Origin: an uncultured Nitrospiraceae bacterium
GTDB taxonomy: Bacteria > Nitrospirota > Thermodesulfovibrionia > Thermodesulfovibrionales > UBA6898
Direction of reading: 5' to 3'
Length of the DNA: 64,000 bases
Assembly (NCBI GenBank): GCA_963811165.1
Contig: CAWEQH010000004.1
Span: 224,001-288,000, forward strand
Part shown: piece after piece, positions 40,142 to 50,150 of the stretch
Layout of the letters: every line of letters begins with the position of its first letter
How positions within the stretch are numbered: position 1 is the first letter of the stretch
The notes under the pieces: generated by a model
The model's database searches: none
What the model saw: only the letters and a program-made list of their open reading frames with translations
What the model was told of the DNA's origin: nothing
Made by a program: the position numbers and the translations under genes

Positions 40142-41266
40142 ATGACCGGCATAGAGATTATTGCTGTTGAAGGGAGATCGGAACTAAGAAACTTCATTGA
40201 CCTGCCGTGGAGGATTTATGCTGAGTACCCCAACTGGGTCCCCCCCCTAAAGAATGAGGTCCGCCGGATGCTGGACCCCCGCAAACACCCCTTCTGGGAA
40301 TTTTCCGAGCGCATACTCTTCCTGGCGCGACGTGGTCCGGAAACGGTCGGAAGGATCGCAGGCATTGTAGATCGTAATTATAACAAGTGCCACGGCGAAA
40401 AGATGGGCATCTGGGGATTTTTCGAATGCACTGACGATACGGAGGCCGCAGCCGCCCTCTTCTCTTCCGTTGAGACGTGGGTCGGCCAGAAGGGGATGAC
40501 TTTCCTGAGAGGCCCGCTCAACCCGTCGATGAATAACGAGTCGGGGTTGCTCATCGAGGGGTTCGATTATCCGCCTGCTGTGTCGATGACTTACAATCCA
40601 CCGTATTACCTCAGGCTGATCGAATCGTGCGGCTTCACCAAAGAGAAGGACCTGCTGGCCTTTCTACTGGATGGAGGCGATTACCGGCTGCCTGATTGGA
40701 TGGACCGTCTTGCTGAACGGACCGCCCAAAAAAAAGGTGTCCGCATCAGGCACGTCGATCCGAAGAATCGGGATGCCGAGTTCGCCCTGATCAGGGAGAT
40801 CTACAACGACTCCTGGGCCGGCAACTGGGGTTTTGTCCCCCTGACGGAAAACGAGATGAAGGACATTCAAAAAAGTGTAAAGCCCTTCGCGGACCCGGAC
40901 CTGGTGTTCTTCATCTATTATGAGAATGAGCCGGCGGCGGTCTGCGTGATCTTTCCCGACATCAACCCTTTGCTCAAGCGCCTCAACGGCAGGATAGGCC
41001 TGCTTGGTCTGTTCAAGGCGCTCATCTATCGGCGGGAGATCAACGGATTGAGGTTGTTGATGTTCGGAATCAGGGAGAAGTATCGACAACTGGGGCTTCC
41101 CATGCTGGCGTTCCGGCATATATATAAGATTGCGAGGGAAAACAAGAACTATCAGCATCTGGAGATGGGCTGGACCCTGGAGGACAACGAGTCGATCAAC
41201 GCATTGATAGAGGAAGCCGGCGCTAGAATATACAAGAAATATCGCATATTCAGAAAGTCGTTATAA
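40142..41266 (+). CDS. Two-domain GNAT acyltransferase (YghO / bacterial ceramide synthase-like)
   Basis: FIDLPWRIY...WVPPL, HPF, GRIAGI, GFFEC.DD, GPLNP, YNPPYY, IYNDSW..NWGFVP, WTLEDN. Confidence 0.8.
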   Translation: MTGIEIIAVEGRSELRNFIDLPWRIYAEYPNWVPPLKNEVRRMLDPRKHPFWEFSERILFLARRGPETVGRIAGIVDRNYNKCHGEKMGIWGFFECTDDTEAAAALFSSVETWVGQKGMTFLRGPLNPSMNNESGLLIEGFDYPPAVSMTYNPPYYLRLIESCGFTKEKDLLAFLLDGGDYRLPDWMDRLAERTAQKKGVRIRHVDPKNRDAEFALIREIYNDSWAGNWGFVPLTENEMKDIQKSVKPFADPDLVFFIYYENEPAAVCVIFPDINPLLKRLNGRIGLLGLFKALIYRREINGLRLLMFGIREKYRQLGLPMLAFRHIYKIARENKNYQHLEMGWTLEDNESINALIEEAGARIYKKYRIFRKSL

Positions 41267-41270
41267 TTTA

Positions 41271-42107
41271 ATGAATTGGAAAGTAGCCGAACGAGTATAT
41301 AGAGCGTGTCTCCTCGTGGGAGTGATATTACTCACGGGGGTTTCGGCAGGTTGCGCCCACAGGCTCTATGCTCCGATGCAACCCACCGGCTGGAGTGCCC
41401 AGCCTATCGTGAACGCCTGCCGCTTTGCCCCTGACGCCGACCTGGACCCTGCCACCGGAACGCCGGTCGGGGACGAAGGGTATTACCTTTATATCCTGAC
41501 CGAATCTGCCCATTGGGACTTCAGCTATGCGCCGGGACTTCTCTTTTCAATTTGGCGTCAGCCTTGGGCGCATAGCTGGATCATCCTCGAAAGTCCCGGG
41601 GACCGTCTGGAATTCGGCCACACCGGCGACTTCGGGCTGGAGAAACCGCGTTACCATTTGGGGGTGATACAAAGAATTCGGGAGGGAGACCCCAATCCTA
41701 TCGCTTATTTGTGGCAGACGATGTCCGACGGAGAATTCCAGATCGGCAAGCCCCCCCGCCCCCCCACATTCGTCTGGAGAATGCCGATTACACAGCGACG
41801 GTATCAACTGATATATGAATACGCGATGCACCGGAAGTATGACCAGTTCGGATTGAGGAGCAACAATTGCACAGACATGGTGGCGGAGATAGCTGCGATG
41901 GCGGGCATCAACCTGATCCACCGCATTCGCCTCACCCTGCCGCCGGAAACAAAGTTCTTGGGCAAGAAGGCGCGTATCTGGACGGACCCACAATACCGCA
42001 TACTGGAGTTCAGCACACCCGAAGTTCTTGAGGTGGATCTGCGGCAGCTTGCCCGGATGGGAATCGGGAGTGATGTCACTGAGTGGTATCTGTCTTTGCA
42101 ACACTGA
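41271..42107 (+). CDS. Lipoprotein with permuted papain-like (NlpC/P60) His...NNC motif
   Basis: SAGC lipobox, AHSWIIL before Y..F...SNNCTD. Confidence 0.55.
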   Translation: MNWKVAERVYRACLLVGVILLTGVSAGCAHRLYAPMQPTGWSAQPIVNACRFAPDADLDPATGTPVGDEGYYLYILTESAHWDFSYAPGLLFSIWRQPWAHSWIILESPGDRLEFGHTGDFGLEKPRYHLGVIQRIREGDPNPIAYLWQTMSDGEFQIGKPPRPPTFVWRMPITQRRYQLIYEYAMHRKYDQFGLRSNNCTDMVAEIAAMAGINLIHRIRLTLPPETKFLGKKARIWTDPQYRILEFSTPEVLEVDLRQLARMGIGSDVTEWYLSLQH

Positions 42108-42186
42108 AGATCGAGCTGTTATTTGGCCGTATCGGACCCGATTGATCGACCCGGCGAATTACGGTAAAATTTCTGTCAAAAGGTGA

Positions 42187-45100
42187 ATGTGTAAATTGAA
42201 GCATAAGAAGTCTGTTATATTGGCCGAGCATCGGGACCCAATTATTGCTTTTGTCTGGCGGCCCGAGGAGGTCATCCCACCTGTGATCCAGATGGCTCAC
42301 AGAACAGGGAGCAGGGCCATCTTCGACTTTTGCTCGATGGGGGCGGAAGAGTTGCGTTCTTTCTTACGAAAGGCCGATCCTACCGGCCACGTTAGGGATA
42401 TCAAGATTTCTGCCCCTGCCTTGATCGATCCATCTTTTGGGCGGTTCCTTCAGGAAACAGGGGTCCAGGACATCTGGGTAGAATTCCACCCCCGGTTTTC
42501 CCAGGGAGATCCTTCAGTCTTTCTGCAGAGATTTAAAGAATTGTCGGAAGACCACCGTTGCTTTCCGATCGTCGGGGACCCGAATCTTCTCACAGCGATT
42601 TTGAAGGACAACCCGGAAATCGGGCGCATCGTATTGAAAGGATGCGAGGCCTCTGGATTCGTGAGCGGTGAGACGACCCTGGTTCTCTATTCGGCGCTCA
42701 AGGAAATGCTGCGCACCTCCTCGAAGTCTCCGGATATCCTCATCTGGGGAGGCATCTGCACCCCTGAGGCGGCAGCGGCATTCCTGTCCACAGGGGCCAC
42801 CGGGATCGTCTTTGAGAGCGTCCATTGGCTGACAGATCTGGTTGCTGTTGATCACCTCCAGCGGCAGCTGCTCGCCGGGCTTCGTATGGATTCTACCGAT
42901 CTGGTCGGTCTGGACCTGCAGGCCCCTTGCCGCCTTTTCAACAAAGGGAACTCGCTTGCGTTCAGGGAGATTAAGACGTTCGAGAACTCGCTGTGCGGAG
43001 CAGAGATCACGGATGAAAGCCGCCGTTCCTTTATAAGCCAACTGTATGCCAGGGCCCTCCACCCTCTCGATAGCCGTTTCAGTCAGGACGAGGTCATCCC
43101 CATGGGTGTAGAGGCCGCCTTTGCCGCGTCTTTCGTTGAGCGTTTTGGGTCTGAAACCCAGGATGCCGTGCAAGCCTTCATGGATGAAATTCGAACCTTA
43201 TGCCGTTCGACAGAGGTGAAAAGGGATTGCTTTTTGGACAGCCCCGTAGCCAAAGAGATGGGAACCATGTATCCCTTTATCCAGGGCGCCATGTCTTCCA
43301 TCACAGATGTACCCGAATTTGCCTCAAAGGTTGCGGATGCCGGTGGACTGCCCACCATCGCCCTTGGCCTGATGGACGATCAGGCCCTTGACCGGAGGCT
43401 GGGACCTTTACCTGAGATCATGGGAGGTCGCCCTTATGCAGTGAATGTCGTTTCCTTGGCAGAGAACCCTCTGCGGGGGACGCATCTTGCCTGGATAAAG
43501 AAACACAGACCCCGATTTGTGGTGATCGCAGGGGGTGACATATCCCCCCTAAAAGAATTGGCAGAATGCGGCATGGAGGTCATCTATATCGCTCCTGATG
43601 AGGCCATGATGAGGCTCGCCCTTGAAGCCGGCGTCCGGTATTTAGTCTGCGAGGGGTACGAGGCCGGGGGCCACGTCGGGCGACAGAGCACGCTCACCTT
43701 TGCTCAAACGGTGCTGGATCTGAAACGGCGCAACCCATTCCTCTTCCAGGACCGACGCGTGATCCTTGCAGGGGGAATCTTCAATCGGGAGACAGCATTC
43801 ATGGCCGCCATGCTCGGTGCGGACGCTATCCAGATGGGGACCACATATCTGGCCACCCGGGAGATCGTCGAGACCGGCGCATTGACGGAACTTTATCAGC
43901 GCATGATCCTGGAATCGCCTCCCGGGGGCACCATCATTTCAGGGCAGGGCACCGGACTTCGGGTCCGCTCCCTGAGGACCCCGAAAGTGGCGTCTCTAAT
44001 CTCCCTGGAGAGAGAGTTTGCAGCGGGCCGCCAGGACGAGCGTTCCTTCCGCGCAAAGATAGAAGAGATGTCCGCTGGGAGCCTCTTTGCCGCGGCCCGG
44101 GGTCTGGACAAGCCGGGAGGGGCGCCACTTGATGAGCGGGCCTGTCTGCAGCGGGGGCAATTTATGAGCGGGGCATGCGCGGGCCTCATCGGTCGGGTCC
44201 GGACGCTGCAGTCATTTCACCGCGAGCTTGCCGAAGGCCCCCTTGAGCTCTATCAGCCTTTTGGAGAAACCCCGTCCCCGCAAATTCGCCACAGCCTCAC
44301 CCGGGTCGCCCCGTCTAAAGACTATCCAGAGAGGATTGCCATCACAGGGATGAGCATTGTTAATGCCTTGGGGAATGGACCGGAGGAGGTCTGGGCCGCA
44401 AGCCTGGCAATGAAGAGCGGGATTACATTGGTCCCGCCATCGCGGTGGGACCACGGGCGTTTTTATGATCCCCGGCCGCACGTTCCTGACAAGACCTACT
44501 GCCAGGTGGGCGCCTTCCAGGATTTTCGTATTTTCCGCAATGATCTCGGGATCTCCCCGCAGGATTTCCGGACCATGACCCGGGCCACAAAGATCACGCT
44601 GTGGCTGGCAGAGAGGGCCATCCGGGCCTCGGGCATCCTGGAGTCGGACATTCCGCGCGAGCGAATCGGGGTCCTCATCTCCCAGAACTCGGGAGAGGCG
44701 GCGGGGACACTTTCCAATATTCACATCAGGGCGTATGTTCACGACATCCTCGCCGACATCAAGAAGGCCGTTCACCTGACACCGGGTCAGTTTAACGCCA
44801 TCGAACAGGCGGTGAAGTCAGGGCGCATGGCCCCGGACGACACCACACTCCTCGGCAGACTCAACTGCGCGACGGCTGGTTTCATCTGCAATCGGTATGG
44901 GTTCATGGGGCCGAGCTTTGCAGTCTCCGCAGCCTGCGCGACCGCGCTGGTCGCACTGCACAGCGCCATTCAGATGATCAGAAACGGCATCATCGATGCT
45001 GCCATTGTGGGAGGGGCCGAAGAAGACCTTACCCACCTGCATTTTCTGGAATTCTCCGCACTCGGCGCACTTTTTGGGCTGTCCGGACAGGAAAGGCCTC

Positions 45101-48100
45101 CTCGCGAGACCTCCCGTCCCTTCGATGCCGAACGAGACGGCATGGTGCTCGGCGAAGGCGGGGGAATGATCGTCATCGAGCGGGAAAGCCTGGCCCACGC
45201 AAGAGGGGCGCTTGTCCAATCAGTCATCACCGGCATCGGGGCGAGCAACAACCATATGGGTATGGTGGAGTCCTCCAGTGTCAGTCAGGAAATGGCCATC
45301 CGCGCCTCTTTCCGCGATACACCCTACGGGCCTGATGCAGTGGACCTCGTGGAATGCCACGCCACGAGCACCCGGCAAGGGGACGTGGAGGAGGTCCGTG
45401 CCCTGAAGGCAGTATTCGATTCTTCAAGGCGCACGGTGATTACCTCATTCAAATCCCAGATCGGACACACACTGGGCGCCTCGGGTATTAATAGTCTTAT
45501 TCGGGGGATCATGGCTATGAAGTCTGAGGTTTTCCCTGCCACCCTCAATTATACGCATCCGGACCCGGAAATCGACTTGAAAGGATCGGGTCTACTCATC
45601 ACCCGGGAACCGCTCGGGTGGAAGTGCAGGGCCGGACAGCCGAGGAGATTTCAGGTCAACGCATTCGGGTTCGGAGGTTCCAACTACGTTGTACAGGTGG
45701 AGCAGGCCATGGATGAAGTGGATACGGTCCTGGTCTCCCCGGAAAGAGAATACGGTTTTGACAAAGAACCCGATCTCCGTAGAGGGAAGGGAGGTGGCTC
45801 TCCGACGCTCCAGGGCGTCTCTTTCTTCCGGACTGAGATAGACGGCCGGAACTTCCGGACGGCAGTCGTGGCGCGATCCGAAGAGGAGGCGATCACGGTC
45901 ATCGAGAGGTCGGCTTCTTTTGCCGAAGCCGGAATCGATTCAACCAAGGCAGTAAGGTCCCTGGCGCAGCAGGGGATCTTACTGGGCCGCGAAGATATGC
46001 CAGTCTTGCCCCTCGCCTTTGTATTTCCGGGGCAGGGGGCACAGTATGGAGGAATGGGGCGGGATCTCTACGAATCCTTCCCCGTCATTAAGGAATGGAT
46101 GGATCGGGCTGCAGCTGCAGCTGACTTCGACCTCCTTCACTTATTGTTCAGCGATCGAGAGGAAAATCTTGCAAAAACCCGTTGGCAGCAACCCGCCATG
46201 TTCGCCATTGAACACGCCATGGCCCGATACCTTACCACCCTGGGTATCCACCCCGTGGCGATGGCCGGCCATAGTTTGGGCGAACTGACCGCCCTGTGCC
46301 TGGCCGGTGTCTATTCCCCGGAGGACGGGTTTCGAATCGTGAACAAGAGGGCCCTTTGCATGGACAAGGCCGCTGCTATGCACGTGGAGCCCGGAGTTAT
46401 GGCGGCCGTGGACGTCCCCCTTGATCTGCTTAAAGAGATGATCAATGGACTGGAGAATGTCCACATCGGCAATATCAATTCACCGAACCAGGTTGTCCTG
46501 AGTGGCAGCACCGGGGCGGTCAAGAATCTTGGTAATAAAATAAAGGGAATGGGGTACCGGGCCACCCTGTTGCCGGTCAGCATGGCTTTTCACTCTCCTA
46601 TCATGAGGGTCATCCATGATGAGCTCGCGGCGTACATTGACTCCGTTCCATTTCATGCCCCGCAGATCCCCGTCATCTCCAACACGACCATGGCGCCGTA
46701 TCCATCAGATCCCGACGAGATCAGGCGAATCCTGATGGCCCATCTGGAATCTACCGTCCACTGGATGAATAACGTGCAGACCCTTTGGAATGACTATGGA
46801 TGCCGGCTCTTCGTGGAGGTGGGCCCCGGCGATATATTAAGCAATCTCATCACAGACGCGCTTCCCGAACCGGCATGCATCCAGACCTGCCTTCCTTCTA
46901 CAGAGGGTCTGACCTACAAGACCGCTCTTGCTCAGCTCTTCGTCCAAGGGCATCTGAAGGTTGAAGGAGAACCGAGGTTTGTTTCCCTCTCTGCATTCGG
47001 GAAGACTCCTGCATCGGGCCGCAACAACCCGGACGGACAAGCCTCCTCCGCCCTCGCCGAAACATCTGAGCATCAGCATCATATAGAGGCGCTCGTTCAA
47101 ATCATCATGGACGCTACAGGATTCAACAGGGATGAAATCAAGCCCGATATGGATCTCAGAAGGGACCTCTCCATCCGCTCCAGCCGTCTTCCGATAATCA
47201 TGGATGCAGCCGAACGCCATTTCGGAATCACCATCGAACTGGAGGATTTTATAGGTCTTCGTACTGTCAGGGACATCGCCGAAAAGATTTCCGGACTGGT
47301 CGCTGCAAAAGATGGTATCGACCTGCCGCCGGCCGCAAGGTCGGCCAATGTGGGCCCTGCAATCAATGAGGGGCAGGCTTCCCAAACTTCTGCGCATCAG
47401 CACCATATAGAAACGCTTATTCAAATCATCATGGACGCTACAGGATTCAACAGAGATGAAATTCAGCCTGATATGGACCTCAGAAGGGACCTCTCCATAC
47501 GCTCCAGCCGTCTCCCGATAATCATGGACGCAGCCGAACGCCATTTCGGGATCACTATCGAACTGGAGGATTTTATAGGTCTTCGTACTGTCAGGGACAT
47601 CGCCGAGAAGATTTCCGGACTGGTCGCTGCAAAAGATGGTATCGACCTGCCGCCTGTCACCAAGACAACTGAACCTGGCTTAGTGCAAGACGAAACCTGG
47701 AAACCCTTACAGGATGAGGCGAATCTGAAACGGCTCGTATTCAGGACCGTTGCTGTGGAGCTATCGGCATCTGCTCCAATAAAATTGAGCCCAGGCGAGT
47801 CAGTCCTCCTTCTGTCACTTGACAGGGATGACGGGATTGCAAAAAATGCCGGAGATATATTCCGGCAGGCTTACGGTGTTGTCACAATTCCCATGCCATT
47901 TATGAAGGTTAACGATACTGGACAAGAAGGCTATGATATTTTTACTGATGAAGGGTCTTATAAGGTATCAGAGAGAATATCGGGGTTGGCGTCCCTGGCC
48001 GGGATGGTTATCACCTTACCTGAAGACTGGGCAGGAAGGTTAAAAGGCGTCGCGGATGTTTCGCGGTTTGTGGGGGGACTATTTCTACCACTTAAGGCAT

Positions 48101-50133
48101 TTCTCCGTTCACCGTCTAAAAAATTCGTGGTTCTGATCCATTCCAGGGAGGATACCGAAACTCCCGGCCGGCTGGTGGCGGAAGGGATGCTCGGACTTTT
48201 TCTGAGCGCAGCGCAGGAACACCCATCGGTCCAGTTTCGCACATTGGAAATCGGGAGGGATACTGAACTTCGCCTTGCGCTGCGTGGCGCTCTGGATAGA
48301 GGATGCACTGTGGTGGAGATGATTCATCGTGACGGAAGGGTCTTCACATCTGAGGGACACGTCGCCCCGTCGGTCTTCGGGGATTTGTCAGGTCTGAATC
48401 TGAGTCCTGGAGACGTTGTAGTTATGTCTGGTGGCGCAACCGGGATCAGTTCCCACCTTGCCCGCAGTCTGGTGCCCTTCCTGCCCCGTCTGGTCTTCCT
48501 GGGGAGGACCCCTCTCGATCCGGGCAACCCCAGGGCATCGGAGATTGCCCGGACCCTGGCGGATTTGCACTCCTCAGGGATCGAGGCAACGTACCATATC
48601 TGCGATGTGACCGACCCTGAGGCGGTCCGCGCGATCATGGGCGATGTGATAACCCGGTATGGCAGGATCGATGGGATCATTCACGGCGCCGGAGTCCTCA
48701 GAGACGGCCTCTTAAGCCAAATGACCCGGGATGATTTCTCGGTGGTCACGGACATCAAATTTCTCGGGGCCTGGAATCTATTCTCAGCTGCGGAGGAGGC
48801 CGGGTTGAGGTTTTTCGTGGGCCTCTCTTCGGCGGCCGCGATCCAGGGGAATCCCGGTCAGGCCAACTATGCTGCAGCCAATCGGATGATGTCTGCGTTA
48901 ATCAGAACCCTCCACCGGAAAAACAGCGCTATCAGGTTCAAGGCTTTGATGCTTCCCCCAATCGAGGGTGCGGGCATGGCCGAGGACCCGGAAGTACGCG
49001 AAATGTTGAAGCGAAAGGGCGTGGGTTACATTCATGTAAATGAGCTTGCAGGGCTTTTCTGCCGGGAGCTCTTTGTGGCCCCGGCCGACGACGATTGGGT
49101 GATGTTCATGAGGAGACTGCCATCAGTGAGGACGTCACTACTCAACGACACAATCCGTCCTTCGCTCAGCGAAGAATTGGATGGAGGCGCAGTGTCTTTC
49201 AGCCCGGAGGACTTCCCCATGATAGAAGAGATCGTCTCCCTGGACATCCGCCGGGGACAGCTGGAGGCCTTGAGAACCTTTTCCATGGAGAAGGACCTTT
49301 GGATCGCGGACCACAGGCCTTTGAGGTTCGTAAAGCATCCTCTGATTTCAGCCTGTATGGTCCTGGAGACATTCATGGAAGCCGCGCGGATCCTGTTTCC
49401 CCACCTCACGGTGCGGGGAGTTCGCAATGTGCTGTTCATGGACATGATCCAATGTCCCCCCGGCGTTCCCCGGCTTTCCAGGATCTCCTGCCGCCGGGCC
49501 GGCACAGGTCTTCGGGAGATAGTATGCGAGGTCTCTCTGGCGGCACGGGAGATCTCCCCGTCCGGGAGATTGACGGACCGCTTCACCCCGCATTACAGGG
49601 GCCAAGTAATCCTCGCCGGCGTGGATACAGGGGGAGGATCTATAGGGGAGGAGCTCCCGGATTTTCCTGTCCGGCCGGACGAACTGCGAACGAGGTCCCT
49701 GGATCATAAAAAGGTGCTTCAATGGTACAAAGACCTCAGCGGCCTCAAAGACAGGTATCGCGTGATAGAGGTTATTGACGGTGCAGGGCCAGGAGTGGTG
49801 CGGGGCCGGACTACCTACCGGCAGACAAGTGATTTCGTAAATCTGCGCGACACAAGATACCAATACTCTCCCTACCTTTTCGAGGCCCTTTTGCAGTTGG
49901 TCGGATTCCACATCGCTCTGGCGGACCCATCGGAACAGAGATCGATGGTTCCGATGGAGATCGGGGAGATGAGGTTTTTGCGCACCTGCCGGGCAGGGGA
50001 ACAGATAATACTGGAGGCTCGCATGCGGGCGCAAGACGCGGAAGGCCTCGTCTGGGACGCCAGAGGGATTGACGATCAAGGCCGCATAATCATGCAGGTG
50101 CATAATATGCGCATGCACTGGGTTTCCGCCTGA
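42187..50133 (+). CDS. Iterative type I PKS/FAS (PfaA/Hgl-like) with N-terminal FabK/PfaD-like domains: ER'-ER-KS-AT-ACP-ACP-KR-DH
   Basis: EAGGHVG and AGGI (FabK-like), SAACATAL/ECHATST/KSQIGH (KS), FPGQG/GHSLG/AFHS (malonyl AT), two ACPs, HGAGVLRD/GQANYAAAN (KR), WIADHRP (DH). Confidence 0.9.
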   Translation: MCKLKHKKSVILAEHRDPIIAFVWRPEEVIPPVIQMAHRTGSRAIFDFCSMGAEELRSFLRKADPTGHVRDIKISAPALIDPSFGRFLQETGVQDIWVEFHPRFSQGDPSVFLQRFKELSEDHRCFPIVGDPNLLTAILKDNPEIGRIVLKGCEASGFVSGETTLVLYSALKEMLRTSSKSPDILIWGGICTPEAAAAFLSTGATGIVFESVHWLTDLVAVDHLQRQLLAGLRMDSTDLVGLDLQAPCRLFNKGNSLAFREIKTFENSLCGAEITDESRRSFISQLYARALHPLDSRFSQDEVIPMGVEAAFAASFVERFGSETQDAVQAFMDEIRTLCRSTEVKRDCFLDSPVAKEMGTMYPFIQGAMSSITDVPEFASKVADAGGLPTIALGLMDDQALDRRLGPLPEIMGGRPYAVNVVSLAENPLRGTHLAWIKKHRPRFVVIAGGDISPLKELAECGMEVIYIAPDEAMMRLALEAGVRYLVCEGYEAGGHVGRQSTLTFAQTVLDLKRRNPFLFQDRRVILAGGIFNRETAFMAAMLGADAIQMGTTYLATREIVETGALTELYQRMILESPPGGTIISGQGTGLRVRSLRTPKVASLISLEREFAAGRQDERSFRAKIEEMSAGSLFAAARGLDKPGGAPLDERACLQRGQFMSGACAGLIGRVRTLQSFHRELAEGPLELYQPFGETPSPQIRHSLTRVAPSKDYPERIAITGMSIVNALGNGPEEVWAASLAMKSGITLVPPSRWDHGRFYDPRPHVPDKTYCQVGAFQDFRIFRNDLGISPQDFRTMTRATKITLWLAERAIRASGILESDIPRERIGVLISQNSGEAAGTLSNIHIRAYVHDILADIKKAVHLTPGQFNAIEQAVKSGRMAPDDTTLLGRLNCATAGFICNRYGFMGPSFAVSAACATALVALHSAIQMIRNGIIDAAIVGGAEEDLTHLHFLEFSALGALFGLSGQERPPRETSRPFDAERDGMVLGEGGGMIVIERESLAHARGALVQSVITGIGASNNHMGMVESSSVSQEMAIRASFRDTPYGPDAVDLVECHATSTRQGDVEEVRALKAVFDSSRRTVITSFKSQIGHTLGASGINSLIRGIMAMKSEVFPATLNYTHPDPEIDLKGSGLLITREPLGWKCRAGQPRRFQVNAFGFGGSNYVVQVEQAMDEVDTVLVSPEREYGFDKEPDLRRGKGGGSPTLQGVSFFRTEIDGRNFRTAVVARSEEEAITVIERSASFAEAGIDSTKAVRSLAQQGILLGREDMPVLPLAFVFPGQGAQYGGMGRDLYESFPVIKEWMDRAAAAADFDLLHLLFSDREENLAKTRWQQPAMFAIEHAMARYLTTLGIHPVAMAGHSLGELTALCLAGVYSPEDGFRIVNKRALCMDKAAAMHVEPGVMAAVDVPLDLLKEMINGLENVHIGNINSPNQVVLSGSTGAVKNLGNKIKGMGYRATLLPVSMAFHSPIMRVIHDELAAYIDSVPFHAPQIPVISNTTMAPYPSDPDEIRRILMAHLESTVHWMNNVQTLWNDYGCRLFVEVGPGDILSNLITDALPEPACIQTCLPSTEGLTYKTALAQLFVQGHLKVEGEPRFVSLSAFGKTPASGRNNPDGQASSALAETSEHQHHIEALVQIIMDATGFNRDEIKPDMDLRRDLSIRSSRLPIIMDAAERHFGITIELEDFIGLRTVRDIAEKISGLVAAKDGIDLPPAARSANVGPAINEGQASQTSAHQHHIETLIQIIMDATGFNRDEIQPDMDLRRDLSIRSSRLPIIMDAAERHFGITIELEDFIGLRTVRDIAEKISGLVAAKDGIDLPPVTKTTEPGLVQDETWKPLQDEANLKRLVFRTVAVELSASAPIKLSPGESVLLLSLDRDDGIAKNAGDIFRQAYGVVTIPMPFMKVNDTGQEGYDIFTDEGSYKVSERISGLASLAGMVITLPEDWAGRLKGVADVSRFVGGLFLPLKAFLRSPSKKFVVLIHSREDTETPGRLVAEGMLGLFLSAAQEHPSVQFRTLEIGRDTELRLALRGALDRGCTVVEMIHRDGRVFTSEGHVAPSVFGDLSGLNLSPGDVVVMSGGATGISSHLARSLVPFLPRLVFLGRTPLDPGNPRASEIARTLADLHSSGIEATYHICDVTDPEAVRAIMGDVITRYGRIDGIIHGAGVLRDGLLSQMTRDDFSVVTDIKFLGAWNLFSAAEEAGLRFFVGLSSAAAIQGNPGQANYAAANRMMSALIRTLHRKNSAIRFKALMLPPIEGAGMAEDPEVREMLKRKGVGYIHVNELAGLFCRELFVAPADDDWVMFMRRLPSVRTSLLNDTIRPSLSEELDGGAVSFSPEDFPMIEEIVSLDIRRGQLEALRTFSMEKDLWIADHRPLRFVKHPLISACMVLETFMEAARILFPHLTVRGVRNVLFMDMIQCPPGVPRLSRISCRRAGTGLREIVCEVSLAAREISPSGRLTDRFTPHYRGQVILAGVDTGGGSIGEELPDFPVRPDELRTRSLDHKKVLQWYKDLSGLKDRYRVIEVIDGAGPGVVRGRTTYRQTSDFVNLRDTRYQYSPYLFEALLQLVGFHIALADPSEQRSMVPMEIGEMRFLRTCRAGEQIILEARMRAQDAEGLVWDARGIDDQGRIIMQVHNMRMHWVSA
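47071..47654 (+). repeat. Tandem near-identical ACP-coding duplication (260 bp x2, offset 324 bp)
   Basis: 47071-47330 versus 47395-47654. Confidence 0.92.
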
Positions 50134-50150
50134 GCCATGGGTACAGACAG

